64,000 nucleotides of DNA, taken from assembly GCA_913030605.1 (NCBI GenBank), contig CAJWEZ010000008.1:2266-66265 (forward strand), read 5' to 3'. Source of the stretch: an uncultured Spirochaeta sp. (GTDB lineage: Bacteria; Spirochaetota; Spirochaetia; DSM-27196; Alkalispirochaetaceae). Positions 39,576 to 53,842 of this stretch are shown here, piece by piece. How positions within the stretch are numbered: position 1 is the stretch's first letter; each line of letters starts with the position of its first letter. Below the pieces are notes generated by a model. It was not told where the DNA came from. It did not search any database and saw only the letters and a list, made by a program, of their open reading frames with translations. The position numbers and the translations under genes are program-made.

Positions 39576-41344
39576 CAACAGGAAACGTGGTTGCCATTAA
39601 CGGAAACATGGTGAGTGTGTCCGTCAAGGGCGACGTATCGATGAACGAAGTCGGCTATATCAAGGTCGAGGACAAGCGACTGAAGGCGGAGGTCATCCGC
39701 GTCCGCGCCGACCAGGCGGAGCTGCAGGTGTTCGAGGACACGAAAGGAGTCTCCGTCGGCGACGAGGTTGAGTTCACCGCCGAACTCCTGGCCGTCGAGC
39801 TGGGCCCCGGGCTCCTGTCGACCGTCTGCGACGGTCTGCAGAATCCGCTGCCGGAGCTGGCCGAACAGGCCGGGTTTTTCCTGCAGCGCGGCCTGTATCT
39901 CAAGGCGCTGGACCGCTCCCGGAAATGGACATTCACGCCAAGTGTCGCCGAAGGTGACACCCTCGCCGCAGGCGACGAGGTAGGATCGGTCCCCGAAGGA
40001 ATATTCCGACACCGGATCATGGTTCCCTTCGGCTGGCGCGGAAGCTTCACGGTCACGTCGATTAAGGCGGAAGGTGATTACACGATCGACGAGACGGTCG
40101 CCGAAGTCACCGATGAGGACGGCAACACCCGGAGCATCACGATGGTGTTCGAGTGGCCGGTCAAGCGGGCGATCGACGCCTACGCCGAGCGGCAGCGCCC
40201 GGAAGAGCCGATGGTCACCAAGGTTCGCATCATCGATACCTTTCTCCCCGTCGCCCGTGGCGGTACCTACTGTATTCCCGGCCCCTTTGGAGCCGGCAAG
40301 ACGGTCCTGCAACAGATCACCAGCCGCAACGCCGATGTCGACATCGTCATCATCGCCGCCTGCGGTGAGCGCGCCGGTGAGGTTGTCGAAACGCTGCGGG
40401 AGTTCCCGGAGCTGATCGACCCGAAAACCGGCAAGTCGCTCATGGAGCGCACGGTCATCATCTGCAACACCAGTTCGATGCCCGTCGCCGCCCGTGAGGC
40501 GTCGGTGTACACCGCCGTGACGATCGCCGAGTACTACCGCCAGATGGGCCTCAACGTGCTGCTCCTGGCGGACTCCACCAGTCGGTGGGCGCAGGCGATG
40601 CGCGAAATGAGCGGCCGTCTCGAGGAGATCCCCGGTGAGGAAGCGTTCCCGGCGTACCTGGAGTCGGTTATCGCCGCGTTCTACGAGCGCGCCGGCGTCG
40701 TCCGTCTCAGGAACGGCGAGACCGGTTCGGTCACCATCGGCGGAACCGTCAGTCCCGCCGGCGGAAACTTCGAGGAACCGGTGACCCAGGCAACCCTGAA
40801 GGTCGTGGGTGCGTTCCACGGCCTCTCCCGCGCCCGCTCAGACGCCCGCAAGTACCCCTCGATCGATCCCATGGACAGCTGGAGCAAATACCCCAGTCTC
40901 GTGGACCTGCAGATGGTCGAATACGCCCGCGACATTCTGGAGAAGGGCGATGAGGTCGGCCAGATGATGAAGGTCGTCGGTGAGGAAGGAACGGCCCTGG
41001 CGGACTACATCCTCTTCCAGAAGGGAGAGTTCCTCGACGCCGTGTATCTTCAGCAGAACGCCTTTGACCCCGTCGACGCCGCCGTGGGAGTCGATCGCCA
41101 GCGCCACGTGTTCGACATCCTGTTCCGAATTCTGGGCAGCAAGCTCCGGATCGACAGCAAGGAGAAGGCGCGGACGTTCTTCTACAACCTCCGTCAGAAG
41201 TTCATCGACTATAACGGCGCCGAGTGGGAATCGGACGACTTCAACTCGCTGGAGTCGGAGATCGTCAAGATGCTGGAGGACGTGTCCGACGGCCTCGAGC
41301 CCAACGCTGAACAGGCCTACAACAAGCGAGGAAGCAATGCGTAA
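39572..41344 (+). CDS. ntpA: V-type ATP synthase subunit A
   Basis: PGPFGAGKT (Walker A), [42 protein letters not shown]. Confidence 0.97.
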   Translation: MTTGNVVAINGNMVSVSVKGDVSMNEVGYIKVEDKRLKAEVIRVRADQAELQVFEDTKGVSVGDEVEFTAELLAVELGPGLLSTVCDGLQNPLPELAEQAGFFLQRGLYLKALDRSRKWTFTPSVAEGDTLAAGDEVGSVPEGIFRHRIMVPFGWRGSFTVTSIKAEGDYTIDETVAEVTDEDGNTRSITMVFEWPVKRAIDAYAERQRPEEPMVTKVRIIDTFLPVARGGTYCIPGPFGAGKTVLQQITSRNADVDIVIIAACGERAGEVVETLREFPELIDPKTGKSLMERTVIICNTSSMPVAAREASVYTAVTIAEYYRQMGLNVLLLADSTSRWAQAMREMSGRLEEIPGEEAFPAYLESVIAAFYERAGVVRLRNGETGSVTIGGTVSPAGGNFEEPVTQATLKVVGAFHGLSRARSDARKYPSIDPMDSWSKYPSLVDLQMVEYARDILEKGDEVGQMMKVVGEEGTALADYILFQKGEFLDAVYLQQNAFDPVDAAVGVDRQRHVFDILFRILGSKLRIDSKEKARTFFYNLRQKFIDYNGAEWESDDFNSLESEIVKMLEDVSDGLEPNAEQAYNKRGSNA

Positions 41345-42653
41345 GGTATACAGCCGAATCGATTCGATCGTCGGAAACGTGATCAACGTGAACGCCGAGG
41401 GCGTGCGCTACGGCGAGCTTGCCGTGGTGTCCAGCCGCTACGGCGACAGCCTTGCGGAAGTCATCCGCATGCGCGGCAATGAGGTGAGCCTGCAGGTCTA
41501 CAACGGCGGCCGCGGGATCTCCACCGGTGACGAGGTTCGCTTCACCGGTCATCCCATGCAGGTCTCGTTTTCCGACAACCTCCTGGGACGGATCTTCGAC
41601 GGATCCGGCCAACCGCGCGACAACGGTCCGCAACTCACGGACAACCTCATCGAGATCGGCGGGCCCTCGGTCAATCCCGCCAAGCGCATCATTCCGCGCA
41701 ACATGATTCGGACCGGTATCCCGATGATCGATCTGTTCAACACGCTGGTGGAAAGCCAGAAACTGCCGATCTTCAGCGTCAGCGGTGAGCCCTACAACCC
41801 GCTCCTGGCGCGCATCGCGATGCAGGCCGAGGTCGACGTCATCATTCTGGGTGGAATCGGTCTCAAACACGACGACTACCTGTACTTCAAGGATACGCTG
41901 GAGAACGGCGGCGCCCTCAGCCGGACGATCATGTTCGTCCACACCGCGAGCGACCCCGTTGTCGAGGCCCTGCTGGTTCCGGACATCAGTCTCGCGGTCT
42001 CCGAGAAGTTCGCCCTCGAGGGCAAGCGGGTCCTCGTCCTTCTGACGGACATGACGAACTTCGCCGACGCCATGAAAGAGATCGCGATTACCCAGGAGCA
42101 GGTTCCGTCGAACCGCGGGTACCCGGGAGACCTCTACAGCCAGCTCGCCTCGCGCTACGAAAAGGCGGTCGACTTCGAGGGCGCCGGGTCGATTACGATC
42201 CTCGGCGTCACGACCATGCCGGGTGACGACGTGACCCACCCGGTGCCGGACAACACCGGGTACATCACCGAAGGGCAGTACTACCTGCGCAACGGTCGCA
42301 TCGAGCCGTTTGGATCGCTTTCGCGCCTGAAGCAGCAGGTCAACGACAAGACCCGCAACGACCACCGCGCGGTGATGGACGGCATGATCAAGCTCTATGC
42401 CGCGTACAAGGAAAGCCAGGAGAAGAAGTCAATGGGGTTCCGCATGAGCGAATGGGACGACAAGCTGCTCAAGTACGGAACGCTCTTTGAACGCCAGATG
42501 ATGGACCTCTCCGTGAACATTCCGCTGGAAGAGGCGCTGGACCGCGGGTGGCAGATCATGGCCGAGTGCTTCGAGCCCCAGGAAACGGGTCTCAAATCGG
42601 AGCTGATCAGTTCGTTCTGGCCCAAGGAGAAGGCGGAGGAGGCGTCGGCCTGA
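41337..42653 (+). CDS. ntpB: V-type ATP synthase subunit B
   Basis: [58 protein letters not shown]. Confidence 0.97.
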   Translation: MRKVYSRIDSIVGNVINVNAEGVRYGELAVVSSRYGDSLAEVIRMRGNEVSLQVYNGGRGISTGDEVRFTGHPMQVSFSDNLLGRIFDGSGQPRDNGPQLTDNLIEIGGPSVNPAKRIIPRNMIRTGIPMIDLFNTLVESQKLPIFSVSGEPYNPLLARIAMQAEVDVIILGGIGLKHDDYLYFKDTLENGGALSRTIMFVHTASDPVVEALLVPDISLAVSEKFALEGKRVLVLLTDMTNFADAMKEIAITQEQVPSNRGYPGDLYSQLASRYEKAVDFEGAGSITILGVTTMPGDDVTHPVPDNTGYITEGQYYLRNGRIEPFGSLSRLKQQVNDKTRNDHRAVMDGMIKLYAAYKESQEKKSMGFRMSEWDDKLLKYGTLFERQMMDLSVNIPLEEALDRGWQIMAECFEPQETGLKSELISSFWPKEKAEEASA

Positions 42654-43243
42654 TGGTCAAGCTCACCAAGAACGAGCTCAAGAAGCAGAAGGACGCCCTC
42701 AAGCGGTTCCAGCGCTACCTGCCGACACTGCAGTTGAAGAAGCAGCAGCTGCAGATGGTAATCCGGCAGGTGGAGCAGGAACACCAGAACCTGGTGCACG
42801 AGAAGGAGCGGCTGCGTCGTGACCTCATGCAGTGGATCGGGGTGTTTAACGACGGGATCGACCTCACGCCGTACGTGGAGATCGAACGGCTTCGAACCTC
42901 CACCGGCAACATCGCAGGTATCGACATCCCGGTCTTCGAGGAGCTCCGATTTGCCGATACCCGCTGGGACCTCGTGGGCATGCCCCCGTGGGTCGATGGC
43001 GGGGTCGAGGCGTTGCGGTCGGTCCTGCGTCTCGACGCGCAGCTCAAGGTCCTCAAGGAACAGCTGCGGCTTCTCGGTGACGAACTGCGGGTGACAACGC
43101 AGCGGGTCAACCTGTTCGAGAAGGTCAAGATTCCGGAGACCAAGGAAAACATCCGCATGATCCGGATCTACCTGGGCGACCAGCAGACTGCCGCCGTCGT
43201 TCGCGGCAAGATCGCCAAGCGCAACCTGACAAAGGCATCGTAA
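42653..43243 (+). CDS. ntpD: V-type ATP synthase subunit D
   Basis: LTKNELKKQKD.LK.FQRYLPTLQLKK, T.QRVNLFEKVKIP. Confidence 0.94.
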   Translation: MVKLTKNELKKQKDALKRFQRYLPTLQLKKQQLQMVIRQVEQEHQNLVHEKERLRRDLMQWIGVFNDGIDLTPYVEIERLRTSTGNIAGIDIPVFEELRFADTRWDLVGMPPWVDGGVEALRSVLRLDAQLKVLKEQLRLLGDELRVTTQRVNLFEKVKIPETKENIRMIRIYLGDQQTAAVVRGKIAKRNLTKAS

Positions 43244-45102
43244 TGATAGTTCCGATGAAGAAAGTGTCCGTCGTGACACTCAAGACACTGCAGCAGGATA
43301 CGTTGAACGCCCTCCGTGACCTCGGCGTCCTGCACGTGTTTGCCGATCGTGTGGAAACCGACCGTGGCGAGCACCTGCGGGAACAGAGTTCGGCGATCGA
43401 GCGAGCCCTGGCGACCATTCCGCCCCTGGAGGGCGAATCTGCGGCCGACAGCCCCGTGCACGGCGGTCCGGCGATCGATCAGGCGCTGCAGATCGCGGAG
43501 CAGAGCCAGCATCTCACCGATGAACAGTCGCAGCTCCAGGACGAGGCGGACCGACTGACTCGCGACATCGAGCGCTTTGAACCGTGGGGCGGCATCGACC
43601 CGCAGGCGCTACAGGAGCTGAGCGACGCCGATGTCGACGTGGCGCTCTACGAGGTTCTCCCCGATCAGGCCGAGACCCTCATCGAGGCGCTGCCGCAGGC
43701 GATCGTGGTGGATCGCACGAAATCCCTGGTCCGTGTGGTCGGTGTCGCCGCAGCGTCCGCCGAACTCCCGACAACGCCGGAACCGATGACGGTGCCGGCG
43801 CAGTCCATGGCGGAGATGCGCCGGCGTGTCGATGAGATCCGCACCCGCCGCAGTGAGATCGATTCCGAGCTCGCCACGCTCTCGCCCCAGCGCCCGGTGC
43901 TGCTGGCGGCGCAGGGGGAACTCGCGTCGGTCTTCGAGTTCGTCCGCGTTCAGGCGACGATGGATTCCGAAAAAGAGCTCACCTGGATCACCGGGTTTCT
44001 GCCCCACCATCTCGTGGACGAGGTGCGGGAGGCCGGCCGTCGCAACGGATGGGGCATCGTCATTCGCGATCCTGATCCCGACGAGCAGGTTCCCACGCAG
44101 ATCCGCAACCCGAAACCGGTTCGGATCGTACAGCCGGTGTTCGATCTCCTCGGCACGGTCCCCGGCTACCGGGAGATCGATATTTCGCTGCCGTTCCTTC
44201 TGTTTTTCATCGTGTTCTTCGCGATGATCATCGGTGACGGCGGCTACGGGAGCGTGCTGTTCCTCGGCACCGTCGCAGCGATGCTCCGCGGACGAGCCAG
44301 GGGCAAACGCGCCGGCGTCGGGAGCATCCTGATGCTGGTGTTGAGTCTGGCGACCGTCGTGTGGGGAGCGGTGACCGGCAACTGGTTCGGGTACGAGCCG
44401 TTCTCAAGGCTTCCGGTGCTCCGGGATCTCGTGATCCCGGCGATCGCGGCAAACAACGACGCGAGCACGCAGACGATTCAGTACATGACGTTCGTGATCG
44501 GGACGATCCATCTCGCACTGGCGCACCTGTGGAATTTCGTCCGCGGGCTCCGGCAACGCCCGTTCCTCGCTGCGTTCGAACAGCTCGGGTGGCTCATGAT
44601 GGTTCTCGGGCTTTACTACCTCGTTCTGGAACTCGTACTCGGGTCGGTGTCGATGTCGATCGTCCCACGCCCCTCGTGGTGGCTGAACATCGTGATCGTC
44701 GGATTCGCCTTTGTGATCGTCTTCGGCCAGCAGCAGGAAGGGCAGAACTTCTTCGTTGGCGTCGGCAAAGGCGTGGCGAACCTGATTACCACGGCCCTCG
44801 ACGGTATCAGCGCGTTCTCCGACATCATTTCCTACATCCGGCTGTTTGCCGTCGGGCTGGCCACACTGGCGATCGCGAATGCGTTCAACAGCATGGCAGC
44901 GGGAATATCGGACTCTTTGGGCGGTGTTCCCGGTGCGGTTATCGCCGCACTGATCCTCTTCCTCGGGCACACGCTCAACCTGGCGATGGGAGCGCTGTCG
45001 GTGATCGTCCACGGCGTTCGTCTGAACATGCTGGAGTTTTCCCAGCATCTTGGTATGGAATGGACCGGGGTGGAGTACGCCCCGTTCAAAACGCGTTCAT
45101 AA
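43243..45102 (+). CDS. ntpI: V-type ATP synthase subunit I (a)
   Basis: MIVPMKKV, P.Y.EID, FFAMIIGDGGYG, SDIISYIRLFAVGLA, HTLNL, VHGVRLNMLEF. Confidence 0.95.
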   Translation: MIVPMKKVSVVTLKTLQQDTLNALRDLGVLHVFADRVETDRGEHLREQSSAIERALATIPPLEGESAADSPVHGGPAIDQALQIAEQSQHLTDEQSQLQDEADRLTRDIERFEPWGGIDPQALQELSDADVDVALYEVLPDQAETLIEALPQAIVVDRTKSLVRVVGVAAASAELPTTPEPMTVPAQSMAEMRRRVDEIRTRRSEIDSELATLSPQRPVLLAAQGELASVFEFVRVQATMDSEKELTWITGFLPHHLVDEVREAGRRNGWGIVIRDPDPDEQVPTQIRNPKPVRIVQPVFDLLGTVPGYREIDISLPFLLFFIVFFAMIIGDGGYGSVLFLGTVAAMLRGRARGKRAGVGSILMLVLSLATVVWGAVTGNWFGYEPFSRLPVLRDLVIPAIAANNDASTQTIQYMTFVIGTIHLALAHLWNFVRGLRQRPFLAAFEQLGWLMMVLGLYYLVLELVLGSVSMSIVPRPSWWLNIVIVGFAFVIVFGQQQEGQNFFVGVGKGVANLITTALDGISAFSDIISYIRLFAVGLATLAIANAFNSMAAGISDSLGGVPGAVIAALILFLGHTLNLAMGALSVIVHGVRLNMLEFSQHLGMEWTGVEYAPFKTRS

Positions 45103-45131
45103 TGCGAACTATTGATAAGGAGATGTAGCGC

Positions 45132-45572
45132 ATGAATATCGGACTTCTCGGAGTTGGTTCGGCAATTGCGTTTGCGGCAATGGGTTCCGCCCTCGGGTCC
45201 GGAACGGCGGGTATGGCGGCGGTTGGCGCCTGGAAAAAGGCGTTCGTCCAGAACAAGCCGGCGCCCTTTCTGCTGGTGGCCTTCGTCGGTGCCCCGCTGA
45301 CCCAGACGATCTACGGCCTGATCCTGATGAACGCCCTGGCGGCATCGGCGACCAGCAACCCGGACAACGCCTGGCTCTACATCGGAGCGGGGCTCTTCGG
45401 CGGTATGGCCATGGGCATGTCGGCGTGGTTCCAGGGGAAGGCTGGGGCGGTTGCCTCGGATGCCCTGGCGGAAACCGGCAAGGGTTTCGGTAACTATCTG
45501 CTGGTCCTCGGTCTCGTCGAGACCGTCGCCCTGTTCGTGATGGTATTCCTTCTGGGAGTTGTGGGAGGCTGA
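45132..45572 (+). CDS. ntpK: V-type ATP synthase subunit K (c ring, 4 TM)
   Basis: Two hairpins; PLTQTIYG, SAWFQG, LVETVALF. Confidence 0.93.
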   Translation: MNIGLLGVGSAIAFAAMGSALGSGTAGMAAVGAWKKAFVQNKPAPFLLVAFVGAPLTQTIYGLILMNALAASATSNPDNAWLYIGAGLFGGMAMGMSAWFQGKAGAVASDALAETGKGFGNYLLVLGLVETVALFVMVFLLGVVGG

Positions 45573-45672
45573 GCCTCCCGGACACTCCCGGTCGACGGCC
45601 GGTCACCCGCCGTGGGGGCCGGCCGTTTTGAATTCAGTCAACTCCCGGCGTTCATCGCTCGATATACGAAGT

Positions 45673-46578
45673 ATGCGAACCCGAACCGCTGCGGCGTCGG
45701 TCCTCGGCCTGCTCATCCTCTTTTGCCTGCCCGCGGTCGCTCGTGCCCAATCCGCCGACGCCGACGGCGACGCCGACGGCGACGACACCCCTGCATGGGT
45801 CTACTACGAACGGGCCGAGGAAGCCTCACGGTTCGACAGTCCGGAGCGCGACTACGCCGAGGCGCTGCGCCTGTATTCGCAGGCACTCACCGTACAACCG
45901 GTGTACCCGGAAGCCTACGTCGGCATGGCGCGGGTCTATCGTGCCGAGGGCGACACGACCCTGGCGGAACGCTACTACCGAACCGCCCTGGACCAGGCGG
46001 ACGCCCTCCAGATCCCGGACGAGGAGTACGCCCTGCAACTCGAACTCGCCGAGATGCTGGAACAGGTGGGACGCGACCGCGAGTTTCGCAACGCCCTGCA
46101 GCGCGTCATCAACCACGACCCAGTCTTCGCCGGCGAGGGGAACAACGGGCAGCGCCGTGCGATGCGCGAACGCCTCTACGAGAGCGGCCTCAACCGCGTG
46201 CTGGTTCTCTACCGTCTCGACTTTCCCCAGGCGCTGCAGGCGCATCGCGAGTACGCCGACTACCTGCTGCAACAGGATTCGGCCGAACAGACCGACCTGG
46301 CCGTGGAACACCTGCTCTTCAGCGTGGTCGAGATCGCCGGACGCGCCGTCGACGCAATCATCGACCGCGAGTTCGACTACCAGTTCACGTCCGTCTCCGA
46401 CATGCTGCTGACGGCGCAGCGCTATCCGGAGGTCCAGCGCTACCTTGAGGAGATGGATTTTCTCGGGCTTGTTCTGCGCCTGGCGCAGGCCCTGGACGAG
46501 GCAACCCCCGACGGTGCCGCCCAGGCGGCCGCAGGAATCCGCCACGAGGTGCAGGCGACGTTGTCACTTCAGCGATAA
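45673..46578 (+). CDS. Secreted TPR-containing protein
   Basis: Signal peptide ([13 protein letters not shown]), TPR-like helices ([27 protein letters not shown]). Confidence 0.72.
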   Translation: MRTRTAAASVLGLLILFCLPAVARAQSADADGDADGDDTPAWVYYERAEEASRFDSPERDYAEALRLYSQALTVQPVYPEAYVGMARVYRAEGDTTLAERYYRTALDQADALQIPDEEYALQLELAEMLEQVGRDREFRNALQRVINHDPVFAGEGNNGQRRAMRERLYESGLNRVLVLYRLDFPQALQAHREYADYLLQQDSAEQTDLAVEHLLFSVVEIAGRAVDAIIDREFDYQFTSVSDMLLTAQRYPEVQRYLEEMDFLGLVLRLAQALDEATPDGAAQAAAGIRHEVQATLSLQR

Positions 46579-46600
46579 TGGCGTAGTTTCTGTTCGCACC

Positions 46601-49450
<2,850 letters not shown>

Positions 49451-49510
49451 GACGCGCGCGTCGCGGCGACGGGATTCCATCGCGTCGGCGGGTCGTGCAT
49501 ACTTGGCACC

Positions 49511-52500
49511 ATGCGCCGCCGGCGATTCCTGCTCACCATCGCGATTCCCTTCATCGGCCTCGTCCCGCCGGCGACGCAGGAGCAACCACAGGAATCGCAG
49601 GCCCAGGAGCCGACGTCACTCTTTGAATCAACGATCCTGGACGACCTGGACACCGCCGATCTCACCGAGCTTCTGGACTGGGCGCGGTCTCTCGGCGTCA
49701 GCACCCGCGGTGACCGGCGCGCCGTCGAGGACCGGATCCTCCAACACTACGGCCTCACACGAAGCGACCTCGAGGATGCCGGAGGCGACGCTCCCGCCGG
49801 GGGTGCGACACCGCCACCGGACGGTACCTCGATACTGCGAATCGAGCAGGCGCGGGGCAGCGAGTTCTTCACGCTGGAGGAAACCGACGAGGAGTACCTT
49901 CGCCTCACCGGCGGCGTACAGCTTACGCTCAGCGAAGGGGACACCGTTCACCGGATCGAAGCGCGTGAGATCGTCCTCAATCTCAGCGAAAACTCCCTGA
50001 CCGCCTCCGGCGGCGTGCGCTATACCACCGAACGCCCGGACGGCACGGAGGAGTTTCGCGGCGACACGATCGTGTTTCAGATCGACACGTGGGAGGGCGT
50101 GTTCATTCACGGCATCACCGAGACCCGGACCGGGGCCGATGCCTCGGACGTCGAGTTCTCCGTCACCGGTGAACGCATTACCCGGTCGCCGGAAGAGATC
50201 ATCGTGGTCGACGGCGGAACGATCACCTCCTCCAGGGCGGACCCGCCGAACTACCGCATCCGGGCACAGCGAATCTGGATCCTCGCACCGGGAGAGTGGG
50301 GGCTCCGGAACGCCGTTCTCTACGTCGGACGGGTTCCAACGTTCTATCTGCCGGTCTTCTTCCTTCCCGGAGATCGCCTGTTCTTTCACCCTGCGGTGGG
50401 GACCCGGACGCGGGATGGCACGTTTATTCAAACGACAACCTATTTCATCGGCCAGAGCGAGGAACAGGACCCGCCGATCTCGATCATGCGCCTGGCGCAG
50501 ACGCCGGACGCAGCAAACCGCGAGATTCAGGGGCTCTTTCTCCGTATTCCCGACACGCCTCCGGAGCCGGACCCGGCCGGGTGGAGTCTGAAGCTCATGC
50601 TGGACGCGTACACGACGCTGGGCGCCTACGCCGGTGTGGCGGCGACGATGCCCGACCTTTCGATTGTGGAGCGACTCGACTGGCGTATTGGCCTCGGCGC
50701 CAGCCGAACGGTGTTTCTCCGCAACGGGACCTATACGCCGTGGTACGTCACCGACGACGGATCGGCGGCGCAGCACTGGAACAGCGGTTGGTTCTTCGGA
50801 ACCCCCACGCCCTTCCGTTACGAGACGGAGCTCGGCTCCACGATGCGCCTGCGGTCCTTCTCGCTCTCCCTTGACGCCTTGCTGCTCTCTGATCCCGAGT
50901 TCCGCCGGGATTTCGGGACCCGCAGCGAGGCAATGGACTGGGGCTTCCTTCTGAACACGGATGGCGAGCAGACCACCGACTCCGCTTCCACGGTCGCATC
51001 CACCACCTGGGAAGCGGCAGCCACATGGTCGCCAGAGCTTCCGTCGGGGCTGGCGCCGTGGTTGACCACGTTTCAGGTTCCGTCCCTGCGCGCACGGGTC
51101 GACTGGCGCACCCGGGATTCCGGCACGCTCTCACCGCCGCTCACCCGCAGCGATGTCGACGGGGACCCCGAGTCATCCTTCTTCTACCCCGAATCACTCG
51201 TGGCACCGGACCTCGCCCTCCGGATCGCGGGGACCCTGTATGAGTATCCCCGTGGCGCAGGCGGAGAACGCGAAGGTGACGGGGCGACCGATGGCGACGG
51301 AGAGTCGGACCTTCGACCACCGTGGGACCAGCCGGACCGACAGGACGAGCCGGACACCGATCAGTATCGTCTGCCTGAGCCCGCACCCGACCTGCCCGGC
51401 ATCCCCACCGGCGATCGTGCGACGTTTCGCGTGCGCTATTCGCTGCAGCCCAGTCTGCGGTACGACCGGTTTACCGACAACGAGGACTGGACCGACGGGG
51501 CGGACGTCGGGCTCCGGTGGCGCTACAGCACGGTGCAGACGCGAACGCGGGGAGAGCTGGCCGCCACCGCCGGCGACCGCGACGGCTATCTCAATGCGGG
51601 GACGACCCTGTCGTGGGAGCACCGGTTTCAGGATGTCACCGGAGCGGGAGGCCTCGATCCGACAGAGGCGGAGCAGCTCCGCACCGACGCGTACGACTAT
51701 CGGTCCACCACGCTCAACCAGCGAAGCTCCCTGACCGCATACCCCCTCCGCGATATCTCCCCCCTGGACGCCTCGTCCCTGAACTACACGCTGAACTCGA
51801 TCGTCTACGCCCGGGAGTTCGATACCGTCGCCGCCGATGGCTCGCCCCGATTCACCCGTCGCTGGGTGGGCTGGCGCCACGATGATATCTCCGCACACCG
51901 TACCGAAGCGCGCTTCGTGTGGCACCTGTGGAATGCGGATCAGCGGTTCACGGCGGCCTCTGATCTGCCACCGCGCGATCGGACGTACGAGGGCGACCTC
52001 TCACTGCGGACCGGTCCTCTCACCAGCGAACTCGCCGGCGGATACCGGGAGACCGATGACGGCGTGTGGGAGCCGGACACACTCACGCAGACCCACGGCG
52101 TCTCGCTCGTCGACGGGAATCTCGCCGCCACCCAGCGCCTGGAATACGACCTGGACGCAGTGAGTCTGCTGCTTGCGCGGTCGACAGTGTCGGTCTGGAA
52201 TCTCGACGCCAGCCTCACCGGACGGCGCACCGGCGGATACCGGTTCGTCCCCGGCAGCGGATGGGAGTCATTCGACGACGAGGCGTTTCGCTGGACCTCC
52301 CTCAACGTCGGCCTCACCATCGACCAGTCCGTTGTGGCGTGGAAGCGGCGCGTGAACCTGCAGCTCAACGGAGAGGTATCACTGGATGTGGACCTCCAGC
52401 GCTACACGAACACCTCGCTTCTTCTGGACTACGGGTTTACCCTCGATATCTACCGCTTTCTGAACGTCGAGTTCACCGCCAGGACGCGCAACAATCTGAT

Positions 52501-52831
52501 GTACCAATACGTCGGGAGCCTTGCCGACGAGGTGGGGCGCCCACGCCGAAGTTTTTTGGTCGATCTGGTCAACAGCCTGAGCGTCTTTGACCGCACGCGG
52601 CGGGAAGACTCGTTTTTCAAGCTCGAGGCGCTCGATATCACCGCGATCCACGACCTGGAAGACTGGGAACTGCGCTTCACGTACACCGGCCGGCCGGAAC
52701 TCGACAGGACGGTGCAACCGGTGACGTACCGCTGGCGCAGTGTATTCTCCATCCTTCTGAGATGGCGGTCCATTTCCGAGCTGCAACGGTCGATCGAAGT
52801 CGACGACGGTGAGGTGAGCTTCACCAACTGA
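49511..52831 (+). CDS. Large outer-membrane protein, LptD-like
   Basis: Signal peptide; N-terminal beta-jellyroll-like region (ITSS.ADPPNYRIRA.RIWIL...EW..RNA.LYVGRVP..YLP); beta-strand-rich C-terminal part; directly follows uvrA. Confidence 0.65.
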   Translation: MRRRRFLLTIAIPFIGLVPPATQEQPQESQAQEPTSLFESTILDDLDTADLTELLDWARSLGVSTRGDRRAVEDRILQHYGLTRSDLEDAGGDAPAGGATPPPDGTSILRIEQARGSEFFTLEETDEEYLRLTGGVQLTLSEGDTVHRIEAREIVLNLSENSLTASGGVRYTTERPDGTEEFRGDTIVFQIDTWEGVFIHGITETRTGADASDVEFSVTGERITRSPEEIIVVDGGTITSSRADPPNYRIRAQRIWILAPGEWGLRNAVLYVGRVPTFYLPVFFLPGDRLFFHPAVGTRTRDGTFIQTTTYFIGQSEEQDPPISIMRLAQTPDAANREIQGLFLRIPDTPPEPDPAGWSLKLMLDAYTTLGAYAGVAATMPDLSIVERLDWRIGLGASRTVFLRNGTYTPWYVTDDGSAAQHWNSGWFFGTPTPFRYETELGSTMRLRSFSLSLDALLLSDPEFRRDFGTRSEAMDWGFLLNTDGEQTTDSASTVASTTWEAAATWSPELPSGLAPWLTTFQVPSLRARVDWRTRDSGTLSPPLTRSDVDGDPESSFFYPESLVAPDLALRIAGTLYEYPRGAGGEREGDGATDGDGESDLRPPWDQPDRQDEPDTDQYRLPEPAPDLPGIPTGDRATFRVRYSLQPSLRYDRFTDNEDWTDGADVGLRWRYSTVQTRTRGELAATAGDRDGYLNAGTTLSWEHRFQDVTGAGGLDPTEAEQLRTDAYDYRSTTLNQRSSLTAYPLRDISPLDASSLNYTLNSIVYAREFDTVAADGSPRFTRRWVGWRHDDISAHRTEARFVWHLWNADQRFTAASDLPPRDRTYEGDLSLRTGPLTSELAGGYRETDDGVWEPDTLTQTHGVSLVDGNLAATQRLEYDLDAVSLLLARSTVSVWNLDASLTGRRTGGYRFVPGSGWESFDDEAFRWTSLNVGLTIDQSVVAWKRRVNLQLNGEVSLDVDLQRYTNTSLLLDYGFTLDIYRFLNVEFTARTRNNLMYQYVGSLADEVGRPRRSFLVDLVNSLSVFDRTRREDSFFKLEALDITAIHDLEDWELRFTYTGRPELDRTVQPVTYRWRSVFSILLRWRSISELQRSIEVDDGEVSFTN

Positions 52832-52839
52832 ATCTCCAC

Positions 52840-52869
52840 TTGACCACGCCGGAACCGTCTCTCTATACT
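52840..52869 (+). promoter_or_regulatory. sigma70 promoter of phoH-ybeY operon
   Basis: TTGACC (52840-45), 18 nt, TATACT (52864-69); AAGGAG SD before ATG 52886. Confidence 0.72.
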
Positions 52870-52885
52870 GCCGGAAAGGAGTGTA

Positions 52886-53842
52886 ATGTCAGATAGCACA
52901 GCGCTGGTTCTGTCAGACGGTGACACGCTGCAGCAGATCTGCGGCGTAAACGATCAGAATCTCCGGATTCTGGAAGAACTCTTCCACGCCCCGGTCCTGG
53001 TTCGCGGGAACGAACTGTACCTTGATAGCGACAACCTCCAGCAGCAGCAATTGTTTGTCCTACTGATGACGGAGCTCGAGCAGCACCATATGCATGGTCA
53101 GGCGCCGAGCAGGGGACTCATACGTGCACTCCACCAGGATCTCACCGTTGAGGACGGCCGTACCGCCGACGATCTTCGGCGCCGGTCGATCCAGATTCCG
53201 GCGTCGGGAGCCAAGGTGTTCCCCCGAAGCGCGCGACAGGCGCGCATGTTCGACGCCCTCGACTCCGAGACGCTCAATTTTTTTGTCGGTCCCGCCGGCA
53301 CCGGCAAGACATTCCTTGCGGTGGCTCACGCCCTCCGCGAGGTTTTGGCCAAACGCAAGCGCAAACTGGTCCTCACCCGGCCGGTGGTGGAGGCGGGCGA
53401 GAGCCTCGGGTACCTTCCCGGCGACCTTAGCCAGAAAATCAGTCCGTACCTCCGACCGCTGTACGATGCCATTGAGGCTTTGGTTCCCTATGAGATCATC
53501 CGGCGCCTCGAAGAGCAAAACGTTATTGAGATCGCGCCGTTGGCGTACATGCGCGGGCGCAGTCTCCGCGACAGCTACGTGATTCTCGACGAGGCGCAGA
53601 ACACAACGCGGGAGCAGATGAAGATGTTCCTGACCCGGCTCGGCGAGAACAGCAAGGCGGTCGTGACCGGCGACATTACCCAGGTTGACCTTCCGCGACG
53701 CGCAGCGTCGGGACTGGTCCACGCCCTGCGGGTACTCCAGGACGTCGAGGATATTTCAATATCGTACCTCAACCACGAGGATGTCGTGCGAAGTGCCCTC
53801 GTGCAGCGCATCATCCAGGCCTACGATGACCACCGAGAGTAG
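52886..53842 (+). CDS. phoH: PhoH-family ATPase
   Basis: GPAGTGKT, RPVVEAGESLGYLPGDL, PLAYMRGRSL, LDEAQN, GDITQVDLP. Confidence 0.94.
   Translation: MSDSTALVLSDGDTLQQICGVNDQNLRILEELFHAPVLVRGNELYLDSDNLQQQQLFVLLMTELEQHHMHGQAPSRGLIRALHQDLTVEDGRTADDLRRRSIQIPASGAKVFPRSARQARMFDALDSETLNFFVGPAGTGKTFLAVAHALREVLAKRKRKLVLTRPVVEAGESLGYLPGDLSQKISPYLRPLYDAIEALVPYEIIRRLEEQNVIEIAPLAYMRGRSLRDSYVILDEAQNTTREQMKMFLTRLGENSKAVVTGDITQVDLPRRAASGLVHALRVLQDVEDISISYLNHEDVVRSALVQRIIQAYDDHRE

Noticed and set aside
45655-45675. Leaderless promoter for the TPR gene at 45673
   Set aside because: The AT-rich GATATAC lies at the right distance but does not fit TANNNT, so it was not counted.
45757-45786. Short direct repeats encoding [10 protein letters not shown] (likewise GDGDGDGD in MutS2 near 35180-35203)
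   Set aside because: In-frame low-complexity linkers with no evidence of phase variation or function.
46561-46600. Possible SOS/LexA box upstream of uvrA
   Set aside because: Only a TTGTCA-17-TAGTTT promoter-like pattern is visible; no CTGT-N8-ACAG, GAAC-N4-GTTC or other clear palindrome.
49451-49470. Perfect 12-bp palindrome GACGCGCGCGTC after the uvrA stop
   Set aside because: Pure GC/CG alternation is expected by chance at this GC content; no U-tract and no further copies noticed.
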